DNA of 64,000 nucleotides, taken from the IMG/VR virus record IMGVR_UViG_3300020050_016625, positions 32,001-96,000 of that record; one strand, given 5' to 3'. This stretch comes from a virus. Taxonomy: Duplodnaviria; Caudoviricetes. Position numbers and translations under genes: made by a program. The notes below the pieces were generated by a model. It saw only the letters and a program-made list of their open reading frames with translations. It was not told the DNA's origin and did no database searches. Shown in pieces: positions 10,890-20,127 of this stretch. How positions within the stretch are numbered: the first letter of the stretch is position 1; each line of letters begins with the position of its first letter.

Positions 10890-11234
10890 ATGGCATTTTC
10901 AACAAAAAGAGATGGCGTAAAAATAACGATTGAATTAAATGAATCTCTTTCAATGGAGTTTGAAGGTGGTGCTTGCTACGTTTATGTAGATGATGTTTGG
11001 ATTTATTTGGGATTTGATATTTATTCTATAATAGATATTCAGACTATAATCAACCAAATCATTTGCAGTAAAAAACCAAGTAAGCTATTTGGTGATTTAC
11101 TTGAATTATCAAGAATAAAAATAAAAGAAGGCAGAAAGTTAGAAATAAAGGCTTTAAATACTGCAATAGGTATAGCAAAAATAATATACTCTTATTATCA
11201 CGATACACCAACTAAACAAGCTAATGATAAATAA
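10890..11234 (+). CDS. Hypothetical protein
   Basis: ORF after TATATTTG promoter motif. Confidence 0.6.
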   Translation: MAFSTKRDGVKITIELNESLSMEFEGGACYVYVDDVWIYLGFDIYSIIDIQTIINQIICSKKPSKLFGDLLELSRIKIKEGRKLEIKALNTAIGIAKIIYSYYHDTPTKQANDK

Positions 11235-11682
11235 AGCGGAAAATTTGACCATTTTAGGCTATATCACTTATTCACTTGCAAATTATAGTATGTTGAATAA
11301 AAGTGGGATAAATCTTATAAACACAAGTAACGCAAGTGAGTTAGGAAGTCTATTCGATAAGCGTTATTTACGTATCTATTTTGCTAAAATAAACAAGTAT
11401 GCAGAAATGTATATAGAATCAGGCATGCCAAAAGATATGTATTGCGACACTAATGTAAATTTGTGCGCAAAATTAGCACGTAGCACATTATTTCTATTAT
11501 CTAAACATTCTATGCTATCTGAAAAAACAATGAAAATATTGATAAAATTACAAGATTCAAAGGATAGTAATATAATATTTGATTTGCTTACTAAGGACGA
11601 GTATGAAAATATTTTTGCATCACATTTTACGATTGAAATAAGAGAAATTATTGAGGATAGAAAAAATATCGAAAAAAGTTAA
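11224..11682 (+). CDS. Hypothetical protein
   Basis: ORF. Confidence 0.6.
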   Translation: MINKAENLTILGYITYSLANYSMLNKSGINLINTSNASELGSLFDKRYLRIYFAKINKYAEMYIESGMPKDMYCDTNVNLCAKLARSTLFLLSKHSMLSEKTMKILIKLQDSKDSNIIFDLLTKDEYENIFASHFTIEIREIIEDRKNIEKS

Positions 11683-11704
11683 ACCTTTTGAGTTATATTA
11701 CGTT
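11682..11704 (+). promoter_or_regulatory. ECF-type promoter class I (AAC-N16-CGTT)
   Basis: AACcttttgagttatattaCGTT. Confidence 0.6.
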
Positions 11705-12060
11705 AAATATATTATATTCGGGCTGCTAACGGGTTTTAATCCAAACGCTCGCCTTCTTCTATCATAGATTTTTCCACATTATTACCAATAACTATATGCA
11801 ACAAACAAGAGCTGCACCGTAGTATAAAAAAATATCTCTTACAAGACCACGTGTTAAAAGTTGTGGCAACAAATAGAATCAGGCTATTAGCAAGTGCCTT
11901 TAAGTAGTAAAATAAACGCCCACAGAAGCGAAATTTTGTGTAGAAACTAATGTAGATAAATAACTTTACTATTCATATTATATATAAAACGCTACATTTT
12001 ACAAATTGTAGCGTTTTTTTATTTGTAAAATTGTAAACAATTTTCATATTTTTGTGTTAT

Positions 12061-12318
12061 ATGAATATGGGAAAGAATAAAAAACAATTTAAGCAGGTTT
12101 TCTATTTTGGCAAGTTGAAGACTATAAAAATTGCGCCAAAGTGTAAGTGTTGTAATAGGATAGACGTGAGTACGAATTTATATAAAACCATTGTCGATAA
12201 AATAGCAAAGTATGATGTTTTAATAAAAGAAGCGCAAAATGCAGGTAATAAAGAGGCTGCGCAAAACGCTTTTGAGAAATTTAAGTTGTTGGCTGAAATG
12301 GTAGAATGGGATTTTTAG
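12061..12318 (+). CDS. Hypothetical protein (CxCC)
   Basis: ORF after class II promoter at 12036-12059. Confidence 0.55.
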   Translation: MNMGKNKKQFKQVFYFGKLKTIKIAPKCKCCNRIDVSTNLYKTIVDKIAKYDVLIKEAQNAGNKEAAQNAFEKFKLLAEMVEWDF

Positions 12319-12532
12319 TGCTTCAAATAAATGAAATACAATCAAAATAGCATGTACTTTTGTCAATAGACCATAATTCTATTGATATACAATTTGTAAA
12401 ACAAATCATTTTGGCGCAACTCAAAAAAGAGTATGAAACAAAAGTAGAAATTGTGGAAAATATTTACAAGTAAGCACAACCTTTTAAATTCACAGCCGTA
12501 TAAGTATCTATTATCATTAATCAAATTTTATT

Positions 12533-12835
12533 ATGACTTACGACCAATTTCAAGAAAAACTGCAAAAGGCTGCAAACGGAGAAGCCTTACAAGATGAGTT
12601 AAATGAGTTGTGGGATTATCAATCTGTAAACAAAGTGGAATTAAACGCAGACGAGTTAGCTTTGATTATGCCTGTAATACCAACACGTAGCGAAACAGTA
12701 CACTTACAAATGATTGGTAGGGGTTTGCGAAAACAAAGCAATGGCAGCAGTAATGTAGAAGTTATTTCAGTAATTAGTTTACCGAAATTAGAATCTTTTT
12801 CCGATTCAAAATTTGAAAAATGCGAAAAATTGTAA
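12533..12835 (+). CDS. Small protein containing an SF2 helicase motif VI-like fragment
   Basis: PTRSETVHLQMIGRGLR; class I promoter at 12478-12500. Confidence 0.55.
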   Translation: MTYDQFQEKLQKAANGEALQDELNELWDYQSVNKVELNADELALIMPVIPTRSETVHLQMIGRGLRKQSNGSSNVEVISVISLPKLESFSDSKFEKCEKL

Positions 12836-12871
12836 CAATCAAAAAAGCAAGCTAAATAGCTTGCTTTTTTG

Positions 12872-12887
12872 CTACATAAACATGTAG
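12872..12887. promoter_or_regulatory. Palindromic operator CTACAT-N4-ATGTAG
   Basis: Perfect copy; others at 23407, 23966, 40679, 50923, 57015. Confidence 0.6.
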
Positions 12888-12956
12888 TTATCGAAATAAT
12901 CAAAACTTTCTCAAAATACAGTCGTTTAAATCAATATTACAATTAATCAATTTATT

Positions 12957-13373
12957 ATGTCATACACTTATTTTACACCGATAAATGCAGATGATATACT
13001 CGCAGATTCTATGCAAGCGACTGCACAACAAAAGGTAGTTGATTTATACGCAACTACAAGCGATATGTACACTATTGAAAACGGTATAGTTTACGCAATA
13101 GGAGATGATAGCGAAACGCAATTTTTGGGTACAGATAGTTATCTTTATTTCAAAAGAGACAATACTATCATAAAAACAGAGGAGCAGGTGATAGACGAGG
13201 AGACAATGCAAGTAATTGATACACTTGCATACTTCAAAGAATTAAGCGAAATAAAAAATAACGACATAATAAAACCTATTATGCAGGTAATAGTTACTAA
13301 AACCCTAAAACAACTACCTACATTTAGTATAGATACGTTTATTGAGGGTTTTGTTTGTATTGTAATGCCTTAA
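12957..13373 (+). CDS. Acidic hypothetical protein
   Basis: ORF after class I promoter at 12904-12926. Confidence 0.6.
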   Translation: MSYTYFTPINADDILADSMQATAQQKVVDLYATTSDMYTIENGIVYAIGDDSETQFLGTDSYLYFKRDNTIIKTEEQVIDEETMQVIDTLAYFKELSEIKNNDIIKPIMQVIVTKTLKQLPTFSIDTFIEGFVCIVMP

Positions 13374-13385
13374 AACAAGTGCAAG

Positions 13386-13422
13386 AAAAAGCCCGTTAAA
13401 ATTGACTTTAACGGGCTTTTTT
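13386..13422. terminator. Bidirectional intrinsic terminator
   Basis: AAAAAGCCCGTTAAA-attgac-TTTAACGGGCTTTTT. Confidence 0.85.
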
Positions 13423-16400
13423 TATTTAATCCTTTGTTGCGTAAACGCCTGTTGCTGTATTGTATTCAAAACTATGCCATCTATACCTGTATTTTGAATG
13501 ATAACAGTCATTTGGGTATTAATTACGGGTTCACTACCGCTAATGCCACCAAGCCCCATTGGGCTATTATTTGTTGCGCCTACATTCCCACTTGAAAGTG
13601 TTTGGTTTGCATTTGGCGTACTACTCGTACTACTTTTTGGGCTATTATTTGTTGCGCCTACATTCCCACTTGAAAGTGTTTGGTTTGCATTTGGCGTACT
13701 ACTCGTACTACTTTTTGACTTATTACCTACACTACCTAATAGACTACCAGCAAGACCGCTCGCCCCTAATAAAGCCAAACCACCTACTAATAATGGTATC
13801 ATAACGGGCAATGATGCAGGAAAAGTAGCTATGTTTGCAGGAGAAAATGCAGCCTGTACCAATCCCATTCCTATAACCTTTGGTATTTCTACTAAGATAG
13901 TTTTACCTAATGAAATTAACGCCTGTTCTAATACATCTTCAAAAGAAGCAACACCCATAATCATATCGCCTATACCTTTGCTAAACATTTCTGCTGTCTG
14001 CCCTAATCCTTGCCCTAATGATTGAAATGCTTGGTTCTTAATTTCCTTAAATGTTTCAGTCAATGTCTCCGCAGCATCAATAGATTGTATTTTGGTTGCG
14101 CCCATTGCCTCAAAAAATGCAGATAAAGAAGCCGTACTGCTTGTTATTGAATTATTGACTGCATCAAAACTTCCCACAATATCTGTACCTATATTTGGAA
14201 TAGAGGGGATTGTGAAATCTGTATCATTTGAAGGCATAAGACTTTGTGGCGCAATAGTCTTACCTACTACTTGACTACCTATTGTTTCCCCAAAACTTAC
14301 GCCCTCAAAAGATTTTTCAAAAGATTTTATTTGGTTCTCTAAACTACTAACATCTAATTTTAATTTAAGATTAGTTTCAATATCACTGCTTGCTTTTAAT
14401 TCAGATAACTGCTTTTTAAGTTCCGTTAATTTATCTAATTCAGGCTGTGATAGAATTTTAACTATATTACCCTTTGCAACATTTTCAAAAATAGTAACTA
14501 TATCTTTTGCTTTATTTTCAGATTCTTTTAGCGATGTGATATAAATTTGAAGGTTTTTTAAATGTTCAAAATCTGCGCCTGTTTGTGGTGTATCTAATTC
14601 ATTAATCTTTTTTTGAACTTCTGAAATTTCATTACCTAATCCTGTAATAGAATTAAATGCAGGTACATTGCCTAATTCTATGTTAAGTAATTTTATTTGA
14701 TTATTAAGCAATTCTATTTCATAGCGTACATTTGCAGTTTCCGCACTTCCTAATGATTGTTTTTGAAGTTTCTCATTTAATACAGAAAGTTCAAAATTAT
14801 AAGATTCTAAACTTTTAGGATTAAATTCTAAACGCTTAATATTATTTTGAAACTCTTTTATTTGAGCATTTAAGGATACACTTTGCATTACAAGCGAAGG
14901 AATTAAGCCGCTATTTGGTGCTTGCTTATTGATTTGATTATTAATAATCTGTATTTGAAAATTCAAATCATTAATACTACCTTTTACGTTCTCAAATGCC
15001 TTAATCCTATTTTGAAGTGCCTCAATTTCATCTTTAAATTTAACAACCCCTTGCGCTAATTTATCAAAAGTACTACTACTTGCACTGGTTTCACGTAATT
15101 TAGATTCCATTTGCGACAAACGTAGCTGCAAACCTTCTAAACTATTACTATTTGTGGACATTAAAGCAAGCCTATCATTTATAGCCTTTAATTGCTTTTC
15201 AAGTGCAATAGATTCTTTTGCAACTGCCGCAAATGCGCCGCTACCTGCGCCAACTTTATTTAGCCTGTCTTTTGCATCTGTTAAACTTTGTGAAATAGCC
15301 CCTATACTACCTGCTGCAAATTCTGCGGCAGGTGGTATTTTAGTAGCAGCAGTTGTAACAGCATCTCCAACAAAACCCCATGTATCTAATACAGCTTTAC
15401 CCTCCGCAGAAAGTTGCGATAAATCCGTTTCAGTTAATGTAGTTAAGCCTCTTTCAAGTTGTGTATAAGACTCCTCTACTTTTCTATAATTATCATTTAT
15501 TTCTTGCGTTTTTTTCTCAACCTTACCTAAACCCTGTAATACATCTACCCCCATTGTAAGGATAGGAAAATTTGCATACATAGTTGATTTTATCGCAGTG
15601 CTGTAAGGCGATGTATTGTCTTGCGTGCCTGCCTTAGCTTTACTTTTCTCTTTTTCAGAAGCCGTTTCAAGCAAATCAAAACTCTTAACAACAACCTTTA
15701 CACCTGCCGCTAAATTAGAAAAACTTTCTGCAACTCCATTTACCCAATTCTTAAATCCATCTGTTTGTGTTAGTTGTACAATACCATTGATTAAATCGGT
15801 AATAGTAATTACAACTTCTTTTGCTAATGGTAATAACGCTTGACCTAATTGCGCCCCTAAAATCTGAAAACTATCCTGCATTGAAGACCATAAACCTTCA
15901 AATGTATTTGATTGTGTTTTCATCATTTCAAAGAATTTACCACCGCTACTTGTCATATTAATTAAAGCAGCATCTATTTCTTTAAAACCTATTTTACCTG
16001 CACTTGCAAGTTTCTTTATTTCTGCTTCTGGCTTACCTAATACCTTCGCAAGCTCCTCGATAATTGGTACACCTGCATTAATAAATTGAGATAAATCGCC
16101 AGCCATTGCTTTGCCTTGCGCCTTAATTTGCCCATACGCATAAACAATTGAAGGTAATTTTTCCCTACCTACACCTGCCGCAACGTCCCCTATCCTACTT
16201 AAACGATTAGTTACATCGTCAATAGGTATCCCCATTGCAAGTAACTTTGTCCCCTGTTCCGCAACATCATCAAAATTAAAAGGGCTTGTACTTGCAAGCG
16301 TTTGAAACTGTTGAAATAATTTACCACCTGCGGCTGTACTGCCTGTAATTACATCTAAACTTGCACGTAAACTCTCAAATTGCGCTGCACTATTTATTGC

Positions 16401-16940
16401 AAATTTCCCTACATCGAATATTGCTTTTCCGATTTGGGCCGCCCCTGCTACGATTGCGCCACCTGTAACAGCACCTAACAACATGCCTTTAAAGTCTGTT
16501 GCTTCTCTAATTGCACCACCAAAAGCACCTTTTAACTTTTCCGTAAAAGACTCTTTTGAGACTGCACCCATTTCTACCCTTAAATCTTTAAGGCGTTCTC
16601 TTACCTTTATTATATAGGTAGCATCGCCACCCGAAAATTGTTTTTGTAATTTAGTCAATTCTTTTTGTAACTCCCCTACATTTGCAGTCGCTAAACTGAA
16701 TGATTTTGTAGGTATGGGGCTTTCAGGGATTTTAGGCATTTTAATTCCTGAAAATCCCTTATTTAGGTCGCCTACTAACTTATTGATATTTTTAAGCATT
16801 TCTGCCTGATTCCCTAATGACAAATCAGGAATTTTAATAGATGCAAATGCACTATTTGTAGCAGACACTAATTTTGATGTTTGGGCTATCCAAGCATCAA
16901 CCCCTGTCATCTGCACGCTAAATAATATATCTTCTGCCAT
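13422..16940 (-). CDS. Tail tape measure protein
   Basis: 1172 aa; tape-measure domain (AAQFESLRASLDVITGS..SPFNF..GDVAAG..YGQIKAQGK..NAGVPI..LAKVLG) plus coiled coils; follows tail chaperones. Confidence 0.92.
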   Translation of the reverse strand: MAEDILFSVQMTGVDAWIAQTSKLVSATNSAFASIKIPDLSLGNQAEMLKNINKLVGDLNKGFSGIKMPKIPESPIPTKSFSLATANVGELQKELTKLQKQFSGGDATYIIKVRERLKDLRVEMGAVSKESFTEKLKGAFGGAIREATDFKGMLLGAVTGGAIVAGAAQIGKAIFDVGKFAINSAAQFESLRASLDVITGSTAAGGKLFQQFQTLASTSPFNFDDVAEQGTKLLAMGIPIDDVTNRLSRIGDVAAGVGREKLPSIVYAYGQIKAQGKAMAGDLSQFINAGVPIIEELAKVLGKPEAEIKKLASAGKIGFKEIDAALINMTSSGGKFFEMMKTQSNTFEGLWSSMQDSFQILGAQLGQALLPLAKEVVITITDLINGIVQLTQTDGFKNWVNGVAESFSNLAAGVKVVVKSFDLLETASEKEKSKAKAGTQDNTSPYSTAIKSTMYANFPILTMGVDVLQGLGKVEKKTQEINDNYRKVEESYTQLERGLTTLTETDLSQLSAEGKAVLDTWGFVGDAVTTAATKIPPAAEFAAGSIGAISQSLTDAKDRLNKVGAGSGAFAAVAKESIALEKQLKAINDRLALMSTNSNSLEGLQLRLSQMESKLRETSASSSTFDKLAQGVVKFKDEIEALQNRIKAFENVKGSINDLNFQIQIINNQINKQAPNSGLIPSLVMQSVSLNAQIKEFQNNIKRLEFNPKSLESYNFELSVLNEKLQKQSLGSAETANVRYEIELLNNQIKLLNIELGNVPAFNSITGLGNEISEVQKKINELDTPQTGADFEHLKNLQIYITSLKESENKAKDIVTIFENVAKGNIVKILSQPELDKLTELKKQLSELKASSDIETNLKLKLDVSSLENQIKSFEKSFEGVSFGETIGSQVVGKTIAPQSLMPSNDTDFTIPSIPNIGTDIVGSFDAVNNSITSSTASLSAFFEAMGATKIQSIDAAETLTETFKEIKNQAFQSLGQGLGQTAEMFSKGIGDMIMGVASFEDVLEQALISLGKTILVEIPKVIGMGLVQAAFSPANIATFPASLPVMIPLLVGGLALLGASGLAGSLLGSVGNKSKSSTSSTPNANQTLSSGNVGATNNSPKSSTSSTPNANQTLSSGNVGATNNSPMGLGGISGSEPVINTQMTVIIQNTGIDGIVLNTIQQQAFTQQRIK
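13560..13717. repeat. Perfect 2 x 78-bp tandem duplication in the tape measure C-terminus
   Basis: 13560-13639 identical to 13638-13717; encodes KSSTSSTPNANQTLSSGNVGATNNSP twice. Confidence 0.95.
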
Positions 16941-16993
16941 AATACTCTTTCATTAAAAAAGGGAAAAGACTATTATATCTTTCCCCTTATATA

Positions 16994-17350
16994 CTAATCG
17001 TCCCAAAGTGCTTCTGAAAATGTATCTAAATCATGGTTGTTTTTTTGGGGTTGTACTTTACCTTTATTTTCCAATTCAATAAGCATAGTAGGCTTTAATC
17101 TTTCTGCCATACCTGATTGATAATTTGAGTTAAACATACCTAAAATACTATCTACAATAGCACCTAATATATTTATTGCCCATTGAAAATAAAGCGTGTG
17201 CCTCACTTGTATATCATGCTCATCACTTAGTTGCTCATCAACACATTGCCGTATAATCTTACCTGCATCACTTCCCATTACTGCCAAAAAGCTATTATCT
17301 ACTATTGATAGATTCATAAACTTTGCGTACTTTGAATAAGCCTTATACAT
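16994..17350 (-). CDS. Tail assembly chaperone, T-like part (reached by -1 frameshift)
   Basis: Directly upstream of tape measure; in the -1 frame of the preceding ORF. Confidence 0.7.
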   Translation of the reverse strand: MYKAYSKYAKFMNLSIVDNSFLAVMGSDAGKIIRQCVDEQLSDEHDIQVRHTLYFQWAINILGAIVDSILGMFNSNYQSGMAERLKPTMLIELENKGKVQPQKNNHDLDTFSEALWDD

Positions 17351-17377
17351 CGCAACATGTTGCGTTATTTCTTTTTT
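17351..17377 (-). other. Programmed -1 ribosomal frameshift site
   Basis: In-frame A AAA AAG heptamer (17371-17377) followed 6 nt later by palindrome CGCAACATGTTGCG; -1 frame reads EITQHVAMYK into the next ORF. Confidence 0.8.
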
Positions 17378-17904
17378 CTGCTATCTGAAACCTCCTCTTT
17401 TTCGGGCTTTTCGATATTAAGTAAAATATACTGATATTCTTCCATAAAGCCGTTAGCACTAAGCAATTTAGCATACAAAGAAGCCCTGTTTTCTAATATT
17501 TCGCCACGTACTTCTATGTAAGGACAAATCGGTTTGCCTTCGCTATCACAAATGAAAATAGTATGTAAAAACATAGCTGCATTTGTGAGGGTAGAACCAT
17601 GCAATTCCGCTTCGTATTCAGTTTGCGGTTTTGCCTTGTAAGTCCAAAAGCCTAATGGGTCTTTAAATTCAGTTTCTTTTGGAATAGGCACATTCAAGTC
17701 TTCTTTCAAGTCCGCTAACTGCTTTTCTGCAAGTTTGAACGCACTTAAACGAATTTCCTTCTTAATATTCTCATACTCAAGAATTGAAATTTTAGGAATG
17801 AAAATATCGCCTAACGATTTATTTGTATCAATATTCCCATTCCTAATAACCTCATGTTTGTAAGGTACTAATTCGTACCCTGAAAAGTCTGTGATTCTTA
17901 ACAT
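17365..17904 (-). CDS. Tail assembly chaperone, G-like
   Basis: Between tail tube and tape measure; ends in slippery site. Confidence 0.75.
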   Translation of the reverse strand: MLRITDFSGYELVPYKHEVIRNGNIDTNKSLGDIFIPKISILEYENIKKEIRLSAFKLAEKQLADLKEDLNVPIPKETEFKDPLGFWTYKAKPQTEYEAELHGSTLTNAAMFLHTIFICDSEGKPICPYIEVRGEILENRASLYAKLLSANGFMEEYQYILLNIEKPEKEEVSDSRKKK

Positions 17905-17922
17905 TTTGCGGTTGTTAATTTA

Positions 17923-19131
17923 TTATAGTTGTTGATTTTTGAGTGTCCATGAATAGCCCATGAATGTAGGATATGTTGGATTTTCCATTGTTCCCGCCCC
18001 TTTTCCAAAGTTATGCGGTCTCCATTCAGCACCCACATAAGGCAAAGTAATTACAGTCCAATTCAATGCAACCCATGCGCCTGCATACGCTGTATTACAT
18101 GTATAGTAGTCTCCATTATATTTCACAGTTTCTCCCACATAGTAGTATTGATTTGGCTTAAATGCAGGTGCGCCAGTTGGTAGAATATATACAAGTGTAA
18201 GTGAATCGCCATCGGCAGGAGCAACTGCTAATGTAAGTTCGCCCGTTGCGTAATCATAGCTAACAACCTCGTCTTGTGTAAGCGGTACGCCATTTCTGCA
18301 TATCTCTACAAACCAATAAAAGGGGTCTGTTACATCGTAAGGATTTACGCCTAAAGGTGTTTTTTTATCATTAATAGGACATAATGGCAAACCTGTACCA
18401 GATGGCAAAGATGCGCCTAATAAAGATTCATTCCCATTACCTACTTTAAAAACAGTAGTAGTGCCATCTGGCGCAAAAGCATTGATAATTGTACCGCCTA
18501 AATTCTGATTGTCAAGAAAGTTTTCCATAACAACCATTTTTCCGTTTGCAGTAGGAATAGCACGCCCTTTTGATTCGATTTCTACCGTATATGTCTCTTG
18601 TTCCGTAGCCATATTTGTAATCCAAACACGACATTGTGTAAGAACCTTTGATGTTCTCATTCTTTTTGAATCATTTGTGCTATGCACAATTAAACACCCT
18701 CTAATACCATAATCACCTGCGATAGGCATACTTCCACTACTTAGAAAACCACCGTAGGGACTACCTGCATGGCTTGAAAAGTCAAAACCTACAATAGCTG
18801 CAATACCTTGTATAGCATCACCCTTAACTGTTAATGTAGTTTTGTAATTATACCCCCTATTTGATTTGTAATTTTCTTTCCCAACCTCAACACTTTCCAT
18901 TTCATCTAATGCCTCACCTGAAATGGGGGCAATTTCTGCTAAATGACAAAGTATGCCTTGCGTAAAAAGCAAGTTAGGGTAACGTCTTGATTGAAAACCA
19001 CCATAAAGACCAAACAAAACGGCTGCATTTTGCTTTTTAGGGGTGTAATTATCACTTGCTATATTTGGGGTAGGCTCAAATGTTGCGTAATTATCATACG
19101 GCGTTATTTGGGCTGTATCTTGGTTTGTCAT
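17923..19131 (-). CDS. Major tail (tube) protein with C-terminal accessory domains incl. CBM5/12-like module
   Basis: Position before chaperones; AFKPNQYYYVGETVKYNGDYYTCNTA resembles chitin-binding type 3. Confidence 0.65.
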   Translation of the reverse strand: MTNQDTAQITPYDNYATFEPTPNIASDNYTPKKQNAAVLFGLYGGFQSRRYPNLLFTQGILCHLAEIAPISGEALDEMESVEVGKENYKSNRGYNYKTTLTVKGDAIQGIAAIVGFDFSSHAGSPYGGFLSSGSMPIAGDYGIRGCLIVHSTNDSKRMRTSKVLTQCRVWITNMATEQETYTVEIESKGRAIPTANGKMVVMENFLDNQNLGGTIINAFAPDGTTTVFKVGNGNESLLGASLPSGTGLPLCPINDKKTPLGVNPYDVTDPFYWFVEICRNGVPLTQDEVVSYDYATGELTLAVAPADGDSLTLVYILPTGAPAFKPNQYYYVGETVKYNGDYYTCNTAYAGAWVALNWTVITLPYVGAEWRPHNFGKGAGTMENPTYPTFMGYSWTLKNQQL

Positions 19132-19134
19132 ATA

Positions 19135-19647
19135 CTAATTATGAAAATAAAGTTTAAATCTTATTAAAAACTCGAAATTAAAAATACCACACTCATCACT
19201 TTGCTTTGCTGTACTACGAATATCTATATTATTTATACCAAAATCTCCAAGCATTGCATTTGTAACTGTAACTATTCCATTCGTGAGCGTATCGTAAGTA
19301 AATGATAATGCAGATTCTCCAAACAAATAAGAAATTGCAGATTTTACAGTATTAAATTCAGGAATAAAAATATCTTTCTTCCTAATAATACCTATGATAA
19401 AATCAGATTCTGTAAATATTTGGCAATTTGAATCACTGTCTTCATTTACATTATCACTATACAAGTAAAGTTGTATATTTGACTTGTGTTCGCACTTATA
19501 TAACTTTCTGCCGTTTACAACATTATACATTCTTTCTGGATTTGGCAATCCTACAAAAGCAGGGTTCGGAGGGTTTATTGCATCGCAATTTAATACAGAT
19601 TCAATAACCTTACCTAACTCACTATCTAATTGCCATCTATTAATCAT
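19135..19647 (-). CDS. Putative tail terminator/completion protein
   Basis: Position in neck-tail operon. Confidence 0.5.
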   Translation of the reverse strand: MINRWQLDSELGKVIESVLNCDAINPPNPAFVGLPNPERMYNVVNGRKLYKCEHKSNIQLYLYSDNVNEDSDSNCQIFTESDFIIGIIRKKDIFIPEFNTVKSAISYLFGESALSFTYDTLTNGIVTVTNAMLGDFGINNIDIRSTAKQSDECGIFNFEFLIRFKLYFHN

Positions 19648-20036
19648 GTAAACGGATTTTTATAAACATATTTTTTGCCGTAAATCTTTTTCGCCTCCTC
19701 TTGTACTGTTTTTACTATATTGCCACCGTATAAGGAAATTGCCATATCTAAATAGCTTTTTCCATACTTACCTTCCGACCATGCAAGAACATACTTTGTG
19801 TAGTCCATTTCAGAAAAAACAACTGCTTTGTAGTCGTGCGTTTCTGCTTTTGTACCTTCTCTTAGTCTGCCTGTCCTTACACCTACATACTGACCGCTAA
19901 TAATATCCTCACGTATCTTTCTTGCTAAATATTCGCTTGCATCTGTAATCATCTGCTTTACAAAAGCATTTTGATTCACTCTTATTCGTGCCTCAAATTG
20001 CTCTGTATTTAGCTTAAATTTAGCCCTCAATGCCAT
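19644..20036 (-). CDS. Putative neck protein (HK97 gp10-like)
   Basis: VRTGRLREG...MDYTKYV motif; likely start ATG 20036 (MALRAK). Confidence 0.65.
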   Translation of the reverse strand: MALRAKFKLNTEQFEARIRVNQNAFVKQMITDASEYLARKIREDIISGQYVGVRTGRLREGTKAETHDYKAVVFSEMDYTKYVLAWSEGKYGKSYLDMAISLYGGNIVKTVQEEAKKIYGKKYVYKNPFT

Positions 20037-20052
20037 ATCTGTATGATTATAA

Positions 20053-20114
20053 GCGCAAAAATATAGTGCTTGCTTGTACATTGTACAACTTACAAGCAAT
20101 AGCTATAATTTTGC
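20053..20114. promoter_or_regulatory. Divergent TAnnTTTG promoter pair (tail operon / BspA-1), late-promoter candidate
   Basis: CAAAAATATAGTGCTT (minus TATTTTTG) and TAATTTTG on plus; same 16-mer at 62152; homologous copy at 21498-21560. Confidence 0.65.
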
Positions 20115-20127
20115 ATTAAAAAATACC

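Noticed and set aside
11719-12020. tmRNA or tRNA
   Set aside because: GGGCTG start is suggestive, but there is no T-arm, CCA end or tag reading frame; no tRNA cloverleaf noticed anywhere in the window
13498-15843. Plus-strand ORFs inside the tape measure gene (and similar antisense ORFs such as 279..632, 28232..28594, 54087..54476, 57985..61442)
   Set aside because: Shadow frames of real genes on the opposite strand
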